The notes below the pieces were generated by a model, which saw nothing but the letters and a program-made list of their open reading frames with translations, made no database searches and had not been told where the DNA came from. The translations under genes and the position numbers were made by a program. From contig JAAILG010000034.1 of the NCBI GenBank assembly GCA_012026655.1, forward strand, positions 62,001-126,000: DNA of 64,000 bases, read 5' to 3'. Source of the stretch: Hydrolagus affinis (taxonomy: Eukaryota). Numbering within the stretch: the first letter of the stretch is position 1; each line of letters starts with the position of its first letter. Shown here piece after piece: positions 14,803 to 28,924 of the stretch.

Positions 14803-17800
14803 CACTTCTTTAGCCAACCTTACATCACACATATGCACCACTTTCACAGATCTAGCTCGCAATGGTTCTCAGGCAAGTCATTTATTCCCATGGTTCATAA
14901 AACATAAACCCTTACTGCATTGATACTTTTGTCCAATGGACAGCCAAATAAAGCAAAATACCCTTGGTGACAAAAGAGGGGAGGAGAGGGGAAGCATGAA
15001 AAAAAATCTTTGGACAATCAAGATAGTTTAATTTCAATACAATAATATTGAGACTGATCCAGCACGTTTCACTTTGGGAGCCATGTCTTGATATCACTCA
15101 AATGCTGTTGAAGATGCAGTAATTTTGAATGGGATTTCTTAATGAGTAACCTTGCAGTAACCTATAGTGCCTTATACGGGGACATGAGGGAACACTGCTC
15201 CGAGAATATATTGCATCAGGGTGGAACTCCCGCGGGACAAGCTTCCAGCTCTTTATTGGGAAAGCCCACTAGAAATCGCTGAACATGTGACCTCACTGTT
15301 GTTGTAATAATACCTATAAAAACACAAATAAAGTTCTTGGTGAGCGTGCAGTCATTCAGTTGTTTAAAAGCAACAAATTTGTGAACACAGTTTCCACCGG
15401 TGAAGTGATTTTATTTACAGGTTCATTGTACTCCTGCAAAAGTAATGAGCTACTGTACAAGTCATTATTAGGGGAAAAAAATCATACCAACAAGTTCAAT
15501 AAAGTACAGAATGATTTACTCCCCACAGCACAGTTTGACCTGCCCATAGGCATAGATCATGCAAATGTCACGCTTAGGGCAACTGAAAACAAATCTACTG
15601 TGTTATTCTGATCCAAACTAAAACACCCATCAGTGTAGGACAATATAATTGTCATTGGGAATTAAGTGGAATTTCCACAGCGCTGTCCACCGTGTAACTG
15701 CTGCAAACCTCCAGTTAACAAGCCATTTGCTTGGTCCTTCACTTTCCCCCAGAGAGCTCTTCTCTCTACACTGACTTCACTGTTTAATAAAGATGTTTGA
15801 CATCATCTTTCAGACTATTAGGTGTGTAATTTTATCAATAATTCAAATGACTCCATGCATATAAATATTTCATTTGCTAAATTGATTTAAAAAATGAACT
15901 ACTTGTTAAACGAAGCTATCAACTGAACTGGGAGCTAATGTACTGACGATTCATAAATGCATCTGTGTCCCGGTGCAGTTAAAAACTAAAATAATTGAGG
16001 TCTTCATGTTTATACTGGACCTCTACTGAAAATTAGCAGGGCCAGAAAGCATATTAGTATTTAATGAAATAACACACATTAACCTTGCATAATATACAAC
16101 AATTGAATAGCGCTTAGATTTTCACCCTGAATATACATCAAACACTAGGAATTATACACAATACATTTGATTCTTCTTCTATTCTCAATTATCATTATGC
16201 AACTGCTTCTGACCCCCATTATGCACTTTATTTTCTGCAGTGGGATTTGCAGATTTGCATTTGTCAGGCGTAAAAATAGGATTGAATTGTACAAGGTAAG
16301 GTTACTATACATCTTCCCTGAAAGCTTGTTGATGTACCTTCTGCAAATGAAAAGGGCAGACAAGATTTCATGCAATGTTAGTTTCAAACCGCTGGTTCAT
16401 TAAGGATATTAATTCTCTGATAAGTATACATTTTAGCATGACACACCAGAGCTGAGGCTCAGAACAGGGCTTCGCAATTATTAATGTGTGACAGAATCAG
16501 ACCCTAAGTGAATCAATTAAACTACAGCATTCACAATTTTAACAGAGATAACTGCTTCAGACTACAATTTTCACATGACAAAGACGACCATTCATGCTCC
16601 TTTGAAACCTGACAGGTCAAAAAAAAAAACTTCGAAACAAAAGCACCTTATAACCATCATCTCTTCGCTTTACTTGTCAGATCGACTTTACTAGTGTCTC
16701 CACTGAAATGGCATCACCGTGCCAACTGCCACAAGGTGATTTTTCATGTCTTGTCAAAAAAAATCTTTTATTCTATTTGCTCTACATTAATGTGTCACAT
16801 TTATTGATCAAGCCCTTTCTACAGCCACAGCAGGGCACTGCGCTTCCAGGGGGAGGGCTTTGATGTCCTGATGGTATCGAAGGCCAAGATTTTGCAACTT
16901 AAATGCACGGAACATAAAACTTCCCTCCACATCCGAACCCAGATTTCTAACAAAAAACAAAGACCAGCATACCACAACAGAAAAGAACAACTGAGTACGG
17001 TTTGTTTTTCATTTGTCAGAAAAATTGCAATTTTTAAAATGCTAAATTTTACTGTATTAGAAATAAAAAATATATCAAATGGAAATGTTCCACTAAAGAT
17101 AACCTAGATTGTAAAAACATTTAAAATTCATTCTCATAATAACAAGAGGAAGGGAATGAAAATTTTAAACAAGGCAGAATTAATTTACTCCAAATATCTT
17201 CGAGATACTTGAAAATACACATATAAAGTAGCGGAAATTCACAGAACTTCGCTACTTTATCTAACATAACACAAACAAACATGCAAAGCTGTGCAGGTAA
17301 AATTATGGTCAAATCCAAACTGATGAAGAGTTCAACTCTCTCATACAAAACAAGAATGATTTCGCCATGTTTCACAAAAGCAACCTTAACACAAGAAATG
17401 TATAACTAAATGCAGGGGTCTCATCAAAATCAAAAGCAAGAGAGAGTAATAAGGTAAAATAATGTTGATTTATGGAAAACCTGACAGATAGTATAAAATA
17501 CTGTATATGAAAACCAGGTTAGCAGAATTGTTAGGAGTGCATTTATCAGACTAATGAGAAGATGTTGTGCTTCATTACTCTTTTCAGTTTCTTTCACTGA
17601 CAGTGACATTCTCCCTTGTCCACAGCAAGTCATATGGTTAGTCACTTGATGCTTTCCACAGTAAGGTACATAACACATCTCATTAAATGCTTGTCCAACA
17701 TTCACTATATTCCCATACTTGCTGCCACATCGAATGAAATACACTTTTGTATGTCACTGACTGTAGAACAATTAAGCATTACCAAACAATCTAAATGGTA

Positions 17801-20331
17801 CGAAACATACACACTGTTTAATTGTAACAGAATTCCACACAAATCCATCCAAAGCTTCCTTTAGAATTCATGCAAGACAAAACCATACAAATTGTAGCTG
17901 GCAGACATCAGTATATTTCATTTACGGTTACCGTTCTTAGTTAGTACAGCACAAAACACCACACTTTCACAATTAAAAGTTTCATTAAATAACCCATTTT
18001 ATTTAATCCCTCCGTTTTTGAGGCACATCGGATCCAGATTCAGATTGTATAAACGGATCATTATAAAACAGCAAAAACGCATGTTTATCTAATACAGCGG
18101 GTCATACTCATTTCATAGAGTGCTCCGAGGTTGCCTTTGCATGCATACATCAAATAAGCAGCAGCCATCTTTGATAGATAGGCACAATCGTAAACATATC
18201 TCCACTTGTCAGCAGGGATGGGGAACATCAATGTACAGTATTTGAGGAGATGACCATTTTTAATCTAGTAGTTAATTCCATTCCAAGTCAGTGAACCTGG
18301 AAGTATTGTTACTTCATTTAAAATAAAATTAGAATTATATGTTAAAAAAAACATTAATTATGATCCTTGCATTTGAGAAAGCACCTTTCACATCATGTTC
18401 AAAGCATGTCACAGGATTTACCGTTTCTCTGCATTTTTGTATGCTTTTTTGTTGCTATTCCAAGTCGATAACACAAAAATATTGCTGCATTTCCTGCACA
18501 CACACAAAAAAACACAAAATGATAACAAACCCCAATTAAGTAACAAACTCAAATAACAAAAAAAAATCATGTGAAGCAGCAGATACAGGAGGGAGATGAA
18601 ATAAACCCATTTTGATTGTGCTCAATTCTTTGTAAGAAGATCTCCCTAAATTGATGAACATTTACTGGTGCCATTTGTCTTGGTACCTCTTAATTCGAAC
18701 TAACATCAAGGGATTATTCACCCTGAAATTCCAGAGTAAAATTTACACATGGGTAATATCAAGAATCATGTTGGTAACATTAAGTTACTAATTTTAGAGC
18801 AGACATTATCTAAATCCACGAAAGAGGGAGGGAGAATGCAGATATCAAATATGGCTGTACCTCTAGGCCTATGTTTTGCCACTATAATAAAATCTTATTT
18901 GTACCACTTGTCAAAAAAGCAAGTATTCATTCTGAGGTTTACACCACGAGGACACCTCCAGAGCATAATCCACACAACAATATTTTAAGATTAAGCAGTG
19001 CCAGTTTGCTGGGTAAGTTATTTTCATGGTAGCTGTCCCAACTCAATACATCTAAAGTATAAAAGAAATATATCTCTATCCTCTTAAAGCATTTCAAAGC
19101 ATCCATTTTCTATTGTAGCCTGGCTCTGGGCTCACGAGGCACAGTGTTGTTCTTATTCCATGTAGAATTTCTGTACACAGCAAAATAACTATTACTGATG
19201 TAAGAAGAGTTCAAAATTGATTACAGGTCAGTTTAATAATTGGAAACATCTCTGCTGTGAAACAAAGGTGGTCTGAAGTCTGAAACTCACTTCAACTTAG
19301 AATGAACTTAATCATACTTTGCGATGTTCAGATGATAAAAGCCATCACGTATTATCGAAGATGCAACAAAAATTCTAATTCTATGAAATGTTACATTTTC
19401 AAACTTCAAATTGGTGTTAGTGTAAAGCAATTTGTCATAAATATGGGAGGACAAAAGAAACGAAAGGGGTTAAGCCCTTACCTGTCGCTGGTTCAACTGA
19501 TTAAATGAAGTCCCAAGCAATGCAGCTCTTCCCTCACCTTAAAATTGTTGTCCAATTTGATACAAAGGCATTAAGTTGTCAGAGATGTATTATTTCTTAA
19601 AAAGGTACTGTACTGTACTAAAATTCTCCCAAAGAACAGCAATGCACATTTCATTTTAACAGCAATTTAAGCTTTAAAATCACATAAATATTGTGTATAT
19701 AAATACTTACACATATGACTGAGATGCAATGTGGATCAGCTGTCTTATACAATGACTTATAGAACAAAAGAAAATCTCAAATGGTTGATATATGTTTCTT
19801 GAACCATTTAATTGGAACACAGTCTTAATTATTCTTCACATAAATATTTATAAATATATATAAAAGACATTCAAGAAGCTACTTGGAGAATTTTTAGAGA
19901 ATAGTTATTGACGATCGAGTTGTTTATTTCATCGTTGATGTACCAGATCACAAGTCTCAGCATTTTCCCACAGTTTCTAACTCCATTACTCAAGGTTACT
20001 GAGAGGAGCTTGATCAGTTTTTAAATTATTTTACCATTCCTCATAGTTTGCCTTTTACTTAGCACACTCATGTACTAGAATGTAAATGCAGCATTTGATT
20101 TTTTTTGTAAAGTGGAAGCCCGTGAGTGAAGCTATTCTCTTGTGAAGGAGGAGGGGAGAAATGAGGGAAGCGAGGTTCTCTGTAGCACTTCTGTCTCAGT
20201 AAAATGACAAATAGAAAGTGCAATGAACAAGTCTCTTTGAGGGGTACTCATCTAATAACTGAGCAAGACAGGCCTGAGGTATTTCTGAGGTATTTCAATG
20301 ACTGTCCAACCTGCCCGACTCATTAATGGGT

Positions 20332-20580
20332 ATTAATAATAATCCTTGTATTTCATATAGCGCTTTTCACATCTTCCAGACGTCTCAAAGCGCTTCACAG
20401 TATATTTGTGGGCAAAACATGGCAGCCAATTGTGGGCAAAACATGGCAGCCAATTGTGCACAAAAACGTCCTACAAACAGTCTTGGATTGAAGTGACCAT
20501 TCCTTATTATTGTATTTTTTTGAGGGATTATTATTAGGCATGGGGAATAAGGAAACTTTCCCAAGGTTCACCCTGTCAGG
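20332..20580 (-). mobile_element. SINE copy with an internal 24-bp tandem duplication
   Basis: AATAATAATCCTTGTATTTCATATAGCGC...; TTGTGGGCAAAACATGGCAGCCAA repeated at 20406 and 20430. Confidence 0.9.
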
Positions 20581-20925
20581 ATTCTGTTCACAAAAGCCTG
20601 TTTAGGTGCTGCTGATCATCACATTGTTACAATTGCCTACTGCCGGCCAGTCCTGAAAGGACCAATTCGCTTTGGAAAAAATAAATTGGAAGATACATCA
20701 TGAGTGAACAGGTTACAAGAATCCTTAAGTCACCTGCAAAAGATCTAGAACTGGTGAGCACTGCAGTAACAGGTGAGTGATGAGGAGTCTTACACATGGC
20801 TGGAAACACACCTGGAACTCGGTCACACATGAAATGTTCTACTGATTCCACAATCATTGGAATCTCTGCTCAATTTTTTAATCCAGTCTGATATGTAGCA
20901 CATCATCCCTTGCGCCCCAACACCC

Positions 20926-20928
<3 letters not shown>

Positions 20929-20956
<28 letters not shown>
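20929..20956. repeat. (CT)n microsatellite
   Basis: Direct reading. Confidence 0.9.
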
Positions 20957-20959
<3 letters not shown>

Positions 20960-21435
20960 ACCTCCCACCGCCACCCCCACCGCCAACCCCATAGGAGAAT
21001 ATGGTTTGTTTCCATAGAATAACAAGTTGACCTTAAGCAAGGACACATATTGTACATCACTGTTTCCGATAAAAAAAACTTTAAACACAGGGCAGTTCAA
21101 ACAGCTCTGCTGCATGCGTTTTACATTGAAAAAATTGGAACAAATTCCTCCTTTATTAAAAACACCAGAAGAGAAGATCAAGAGTTAAGATGTTCAGATG
21201 GTATGATATAGAACAGTGATTGTACTATGAAATGTCCTTGATCCACAGGAAAAATACATGCATGCTGTGCAGTATGCCTACTTCATGTGCTGTGAAAAAT
21301 TAGTTACGCAGAACACTAGATTTTGTTAATACAACATGGTCAAAGGCTAAAGTTATGACCATATACAGTACTTCAGTAAGTGGTGGGGCAATGTTGCTCG
21401 TGGATAGCAACTTACCTGAGCAGATAAAATCTTAC

Positions 21436-21536
21436 CTGAGCAGATTGAAACTAAGATCTAGTCGCTTGGTGAAATCTCCATATTTTGTTCCCAGAAATTC
21501 TGGAATAGCTTCACAGTCTTGACCAATGTAAACAAC
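21436..21536 (-). CDS. LRMDA: LRMDA second coding exon (101 nt), start of the LRR region; remaining exons lie left of the window
   Basis: Acceptor tctctgcag|, reads [33 protein letters not shown]+AG, donor CAG|GTAAGA. Matches recalled human [34 protein letters not shown] and is in phase with exon 31205-31246. Divergent orientation to ZNF503, as in human. Confidence 0.93.
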
Positions 21537-22199
21537 CTGCAGAGACATTTTAAAAAAAAGCACTGCAGTTAAATTTCCAAGAAAAAGCATTATTTTAATA
21601 TTTTTCTGCAAATATGAATTTTCGTGGACATTTCTTTCCTCCGTAAGACTTCTGACATTTCAAACAATGCAGATCAATCAATCATGAAAAATCTGCACGT
21701 GTTATTCTACTGCAGATTAAAATACCAGGCTGATGGAAGTCTAATGAGAGTAAATGTTAGAGATTGGCATTATGCAAATTGGCATCTTAAAGAGAAAGAT
21801 GAAGAGTTGCACTCAAATTTTAGCCTAGCTTTTTCCTTTTGATGTTGATTGACCTGCTGCACATTTTCAGTAGATTCTGGACTGCAACTGAACAGTGTTC
21901 GGCAAGATTTCAATTGGGAAGCAGTGAGGAATCCCCAGAAACATTCATGAGCTCTTGTGATGGCTTACCTTGGGACATGAAAGGCAGGCACTACAGTACT
22001 GTATATAAATGCAATTTGTTGTTGTTCACCTGTTTAACCCTTTGCCCAGTGTGAAACCAAACCACACAGTGAGGTACCTGATTTAGACCCACGTCTAGCC
22101 TGGGTTATCTAATTTGCTGGGCAGCAGTAGAGGAAACTGCATGAAATCATGGGGCACTAACTACACAAAGGCTGGGTACATGGTCAATTAGATAGTGAC

Positions 22200-22465
22200 T
22201 GGAGGACATCAATTTGAAATAGCTAGCAAACAAGCAATCGGGGAGTTTAAGAGAAATGTCTTTGCGCAGAGACTGGTTAGGATATAGAATGCCCTGCCGG
22301 GAGCTGTGGTTGAGGCAGAATATCTATGAGCTTTCAAATGGGAACTAGATATATATCCAAAAAGGAGTAAATTGCATGGGCTTGGGGAAAAGGATAATTG
22401 GGAATGAAAAGATTGCTCTTTAAAAGAGCCAGCAAAGAGGCCTTCTTCTCTACTGTAAATGTCTA
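22200..22465 (+). mobile_element. CR1-type LINE 3' fragment
   Basis: Degenerate translation RNVFAQRLVRI*NALPGAVVEAEYL*AFKWELD matches the CR1 ORF2 C-terminal motif (FxxRVVxxWNxLPxxVV), followed by 3'UTR-like sequence. Confidence 0.8.
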
Positions 22466-25400
22466 TGTTTTCATGCTGCATGACCACATACATGACATGT
22501 GATCTCTTCTCAACGCAAATTTATAATTGTACAATTATTTGAAACTAATGTGTGTTTACCATATAGGCCATGTTATCGGCATGTTTGGCAAGAAACATCA
22601 GTTAAAACATTAAAGGACTTTCACTTTGCTGGGCAAAGTGAAAGTCCTTATTAGCAGGGTAATGTTCAGAAGAATAATTTCTCAAGAGCGGAGTTGTAAA
22701 ATGCAGGATTGTGTATGAAATGTTATGTAAAACTATTATCTATCACAAAGAATGCAATGAATGAAAACAAAAAAAGTGAAATATTACAAAATTTCTAAGC
22801 AATCTACACATTTAAATACTTTTGAACTTATAAGCATTTGTTTGAAGCCAACATTTGCAGTTCTTCTGGGAAGGGAGAAATATACAATTAATTTACTTAT
22901 TCAGACAGACGTACAAATTTAAACAATGTAAAATTAAAGCATTTGTATAATTTTGCACACTTTCTAGTAGTCTTTTAGTATTGAACATGAGAACATGGTA
23001 TGAAAATCGTCATTCTGCAGATACCGTTTATTGCATATTGAATTAAGAACATAAATGGCAATTGAATATGGATGATGGAAGGATAAAAAGATTCTGAGAA
23101 AAGTAGGTGGGGATTTGAAAGAGGTTGATTTGTAAAGTTGAAATTAAAGAACCAACTGTATCTACTTTATGTTTTGGGATTAAATAACATTACACCGTTT
23201 GAATAAATCTTTGAAAATAGATGCGGACCAAAAGAGTTGACATCCCATGCACAAATGTGTTTTATGATGACAAACAAATGCATTGATGCATGAAGTAAGT
23301 AATGAACAGAACTGCAAACACTTCAGGGGAGCTACAGAAATGTTCAGCTCCGCACTCCCATTCAAGAATGAACTGCTGTGGTTCTCCACAATCTGGGCTG
23401 AGTGCATGATTGTTTGCAGGGCAAGGTCCTACTTCACCCAACCAGCAATTCTTTGTTCAAGCACACTGGTCGTAACCAGTTGGACCAAAACTACTCTCAT
23501 AACCCTTAATCTTTCACTGAACAAGGTGTCAACAACAGCCGCATAAACACAGCAGTAATTGCTAGTTGTAGCCATGCTGTTGTTCATGAGTTTTAATTTC
23601 CAGAATTCCACTGAGATCAAAATCAAATTGACCTGCCTAATGTTTATAATTAAAGACACCGTCTCCGCAACATAATGAACATTTAACTTGCTCCCAACTA
23701 TTGACTTACATACAGGTTGTGGCAACTGATATTTAAACACATATTGCCTTTTCAAACAACAGAAGGAAGGCAGAGTTGAATAATACACTGTAGTTTAGCT
23801 CCATAAACTCCAGCCTATGCAGAGCCAAAACCAACCTGCCTCTGCACTATGACAATTGTACTCTCTGTGTAGGTAGGGAAGAATGATTAAACTGAAGTCA
23901 TATAACTAGCAAAAAAGCTGAAAGACAAATGCCAATTCATGTCACCTTATTGATGTTACCAATGGTGAGAGAAAGAAAAACTAATTAGACAGACTACCAT
24001 TGTTCACTATACTGCCTTTCACACATGAATAATGGCAACTTGCACAAGTTATCAGAGTACAGAATAATGCCCACTCACCAGCTTCAGATGAGGACAAGTG
24101 ATGGATAGAACATTTGAGGAAAGGAAATCATTTCATTATTTTGAATTGTCACGCAGCCTAAAAACGTGCAGGATTAAATTAATATAAAATAAAATACTGC
24201 TTCAATTAAAAAAACTAATATTTCACAAATATTGTACCGATTTGCCCATCAATATACTACACTTTACAGTATATCCTGTGAAGCCCTCTGAGTGGGTCTC
24301 CTTCGTGAATGGCACTACAGTGTATCAAATGCAAGTTTCTATAAGATCCACTTACCAGACAGATTTGAGGTGGGCCTTTAAGGCAAGTTCTCACTGTCAG
24401 CAAACACATACAGGTGATTAATGCATCTATAAGCCAAATGTCAGTGCATTTATAAGTGTTAGTAAAAATTACATCTATTGTAAATAACAATAATAATATA
24501 TTTGAGCTTCCTAAATAGCTACATTTTGCAAGTTAATATTTTGCTCATCAGAATAATAACAATAATCTGTGCATTTGACATAGGGCTTATTTATATTTTA
24601 ATAAAATATACAATTACATTGTTTATCCCCTTAAGAGAACACTCCAAAATATGTTGCTTCCATATTTTTATGTCCTCTTGACATGAAAGGTGCTCTATAA
24701 ATGTAATTTTGTTGTTGTTGTTTTACGTTCCTTACTACATTTACTTAGATTTTGTGAGATATATAGTTTCCTAACCTTTTGCCTCAAATAGATGTGCACT
24801 GACCCCCACCAAGGACCTATTCTCTTTAGGGTAAACACTGACTTCTAAACGCTGTGCCATCTGTATCTGACATCCTGACATGTGTAATGAACAAAAGGTC
24901 ACTGGACGTTTCACATTCCAAGTATAAGTTTAAATTGCATAAATCAGTGCTGAACTATTGAAGTTGGATTTAAACACTGTACAAGATAATGTGGTTTACT
25001 TTCACTTTTCTTTGTAAATTTCCAAAAGTCAACAAACAAAAACACCCAAACAATTGTGCATCCAAACCCAAACAAAGAGATCAATCAGTAATCAAGGCTA
25101 TTCCCAAACTAAACAATCATTCAGCTCCAGATAAAGCTTATTCACACTCTCTCTCCTCCTTTTCCCCCTCCAAAAGAAAGCAGATTTCCCACAGTCAGAT
25201 CATTACAAAAAGTGATGGTGACTAAACCTGGGTACCGAATCCTCTCTGGAGCATACAGGATGCAAAATTCATCCTAACAGCAAGTACTTCCTCAATTTGT
25301 CACTGAAATGGAACACCTCTGCTCCAGCAGTTCAAACCATTTGAAGCAGCTCAAACTTCCACTAATATTTCTCTCAGTCTGAAAGACTAAACCTAACGTA

Positions 25401-27214
25401 CCACTCCTAGCTGTTTCTTGCCACAACAATCAATCTTTTTTTAAAACTGGTTTATTAGGGTTTGCAATAGCCAAATTCAGTCGAAGTAAAAATCTGCCCC
25501 TGAGTGAAATGGGTAGATGTCTCCACATGATATCTTCAATCATTCCCACTGGAAAGGAGATTTGAACTATGTAACAGAATTCAAAAGATCACAAGATTAA
25601 TTTGGATGCAAAAGGCCCTTCAGCCCATCTGATCCCATCATTCCAGACCCCTCTACTGCCCTCCCATCACAGCACCAAAGCTACCATTTTAAATAAGTCA
25701 AATTGGAACGCAAGTTTATATCCAACCATCTCATTTCATCCAAACAGGATGGAAACTATTCATGGAAACTATTCAATTGATTCATTTTCAACCATGCCTC
25801 CACTTTCTACCCAGTTCGGTGTCAAACTGGACCACTGTTAGTACCGGTAGAAAGGAAATTATATAAATGCAATTTGTTTCTGTTGTGGGAGACAAGTAAC
25901 AATGGCAATATCACTATTGCCTCAAGTACCGCAGATCTCTCAGGATGAAGGAGAAATGGGGATATTATATAAAACTAGACCTAAACTGTTGCTGTTGACT
26001 CTTAAGGGAAAGGGTAAAAAAGGAAGAGTCACAGCAGCAACCTTGCTACATTCTTTTGGGGAAAGTAAGGGAGATATACCTGCTAGGGGCATGAACTTAA
26101 AACAGCCAGTCAAAAGCCAATTTATGAACAGACTTGCAAAGCCAAGTCTTGCGAGACTGGAGCATCAATTGGGTTTCTGCCTTTTATTTTTCACATTTCA
26201 GTGCCTAAGTTTTAACCAATTTTGTTTAATCTAAAGGTTTAATTAAGGCTTTATTATGACATTAAAACAAGTTTAAAATGAAGCAAAAATAAGTGACAAA
26301 ACCGCTGAGCATCACAGCATTAAAATGAACTTTATCTTAAGGGAAAAGAACAGTAAACGTAGCAAAACCAGTACATCATCTCTCCTCGTTGATACGAACA
26401 GCAAAGCTGTTGCAGAATGTCACTGTGTCCTTTCATTTTTCATAAATTGAATTTGTTGTAATAAATCATAGGGTACACGTTTAGTCTGTCCTTGGACTTT
26501 CTTTCTCCGTCTCTTTCCAACCAGTAAAGATTTTGATCTTGGAAAATGTCCTTTCAACATTGGCACTTGACACTAGAGAGGCCAATATGTACAGAAACCA
26601 TTCTAACATGTCAGGCCAACTACTGATACGTACCCTGCCAGATTTGTTGAACGAGAAGACTCTGATCAGAAAGGTACTCAGAAAGATGGGAATTTATCAC
26701 AGCAGAAGCATTATAATGATGAAAATCAATCTGTATTCTTCAAACATTGAAGATAATTCCCACTCTCTACACGAATCCGTGACCTCTGCTAATTACCACA
26801 GTGATACTACTTTAGAAGACACTTCATATGACATTGATGTATTCCATTTACTATACATAGTGTCCAAAAAGTTGTAAAACTGGCATTCTCTGGTGTAATG
26901 TTTGCTGTAGGTCAAAGCAGATCGACAATGTTGAGTTAGAGACATAAGCGGCATATGAAAATATTCTTGGGTCGCTGTGTAAAACCTAGTTAAAAACATT
27001 CAGTCCCCTTTAAGATAGACAACTCATTGGCCAAAAACAAGTTGTGAGAAGGTCTGTGGCTGCTCTGGGTCAGGACTGCTCAATAGTCTTCCTATGGTCT
27101 TGCTCAGGGTTCAGGACTTTCCTCTCCTAGCTCCCCTTAAAGAATATCTGTAGATAGATATTGAGGGAGGGGTGTCCGAGCCCCCTCAAGCCCTCATCAC
27201 CTACCATCTATGGG

Positions 27215-28002
27215 TAGGGACCAAACTCCATTCACCCTTCATCCAACTTACTTAACCAGCCGCCTCCACTTCATCTCTGCAAATGGTTTCTCCTCTTGCC
27301 CCACCCAGTGACATGTGGGGTACCCCAGGGCCAAATTCATGGCCATCTTCTTTTCCTATCTATATGTTCCCTCTTGGCGATGTCATCCGCAGTAAACTTC
27401 TACATGTATGCAAATGACACACAATCTACTTTGTCTCCTCCAGCATCGACCCCAAGTCTGTCAATGTTCTATCAGCTTGACTGGCAGTCATCACAGCCTG
27501 GAGGAGTGCAAACTTCCTACAGTTGAATGTGTTCAAGACGGAAGCCATACTTCTTCGTTCCTATGAATGTCTTCACATTACGGATCTGAACTTCTCAACC
27601 CCTCCCCTATGCTTTCCCTCAGACTCACCGAACCAGTGCATAATCTAGGCATCTGGTTCTACCCCAGGACCAGAACTGCCTTCCTCCACCTCTGCCATAT
27701 TGCCCTCCTCCAACCGTACTTACCCTATATGCAGCTGAAACCCTTGTCATGTGTTTATCACCTTCCATCTGGATTACACAAATGCACTCCTCGCCAGTCT
27801 CCTTAGCTACAGTGTTCAAACAATCCTCACACTTATGTTCATTCCCTGGAACCTCCCTACCGACCTCCTCACTCCCCAATTCACTACAGGGCACCTCTGC
27901 TCAACCTCTGGTCACCTTCCCCACACCCCGCCATTGTTAAGTGCTCTGAGACATTGCCCTGCGTGGAAGGTGCTATATAAGTGCAAGTTGTCATTGTTGT
28001 AC
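27215..28002 (+). mobile_element. L2-clade LINE 3' fragment with decayed reverse transcriptase
   Basis: CGVPQGQIHGHLLF, FYMYANDTQ (YADD decayed), FITFHLDYTNALLASL, with frameshifts; tail GGAAGGTGCTATATAAGTGCAAGTTGTCATTGTTGT. Confidence 0.9.
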
Positions 28003-28924
28003 TCTCAAGTGACAATATGCCATCAAAATGCCGATAATACCGAAAGTCTGATTTTTCCTGATTTCCACTACAGTTACATCCGCAAATATTGCAGAATGAA
28101 GTAAACTGAGTTTTGCTTCATGTTGCTTTTAATATGGTCAAGGAAGGTTTCATATCTCTTTCCAGTGGTTTCTTTAGCTAACCAAATTTTCTAAAGGCCA
28201 CCACATAACGTCAATTATTCCATTAACTGAATACCATCAGCTTTGTGTCAACAGTATGGTTGACTAATGCATTCATACCTAGTCAACAGCAATATGTACA
28301 GTATTTATATTTCAGTGCTCATACTTTCTGTAAATGAATGATCATCTTGAGTATATTTTTGATTCAAGGAGGTTAAAGGAGATGGTTTAAGAATAGCTTC
28401 AAGTAAATGGCACAACCTCATGTAGGCTTTATAAAATAGGCACACCATTTCTAGCCATATCTAATCCATCAGAGACAGATTAAAATATCACAGCAGGTCA
28501 TACTTTGTCCTAAAATCTCACCCAGTTTCAGAGTCCAAAATAGCAAATCTCTTTCTTCTCAAAATGAACACTTGACAACTAAAGTACTTTTCGAAGGGTA
28601 AAACCTACAAGTCAACAAAGAATTTCAAAACCAAATTCAAAGCATTTATGCTATGCGAGGGATATTAAGGGACATTATTGATACTGAGAATATATATTTT
28701 AATGTTGATCAAAAATAAACTGATAGTCCAAATATATACTAACATACTTTGTTCTTGAGAGTAGTATCTCTAGGGAAAATTTTGACTGATCCTGTTAATG
28801 ATATTTTTTTTTCAAATTTTAGTGGTGAAACAGGCTTTAAAATTTCTTTTGGATTTTAAATGAGTATTTAAGTTTTTCTGGTGAACATTTTCTGGACAGA
28901 TAAACAAAAACACAGTCTTAACAC

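Noticed and set aside
17319-17345. CTGATGA-AGAG-ttcaa-CTCT hammerhead-like start (also CTGACGA at 36783 and CTGATGA at 38818)
   Set aside because: No correctly placed GAAA after a paired stem II.
27296-28104. RT-like ORFs as a functional retroelement or domesticated gene
   Set aside because: Frameshifted, catalytic YADD mutated to YAND, and 5'-truncated.
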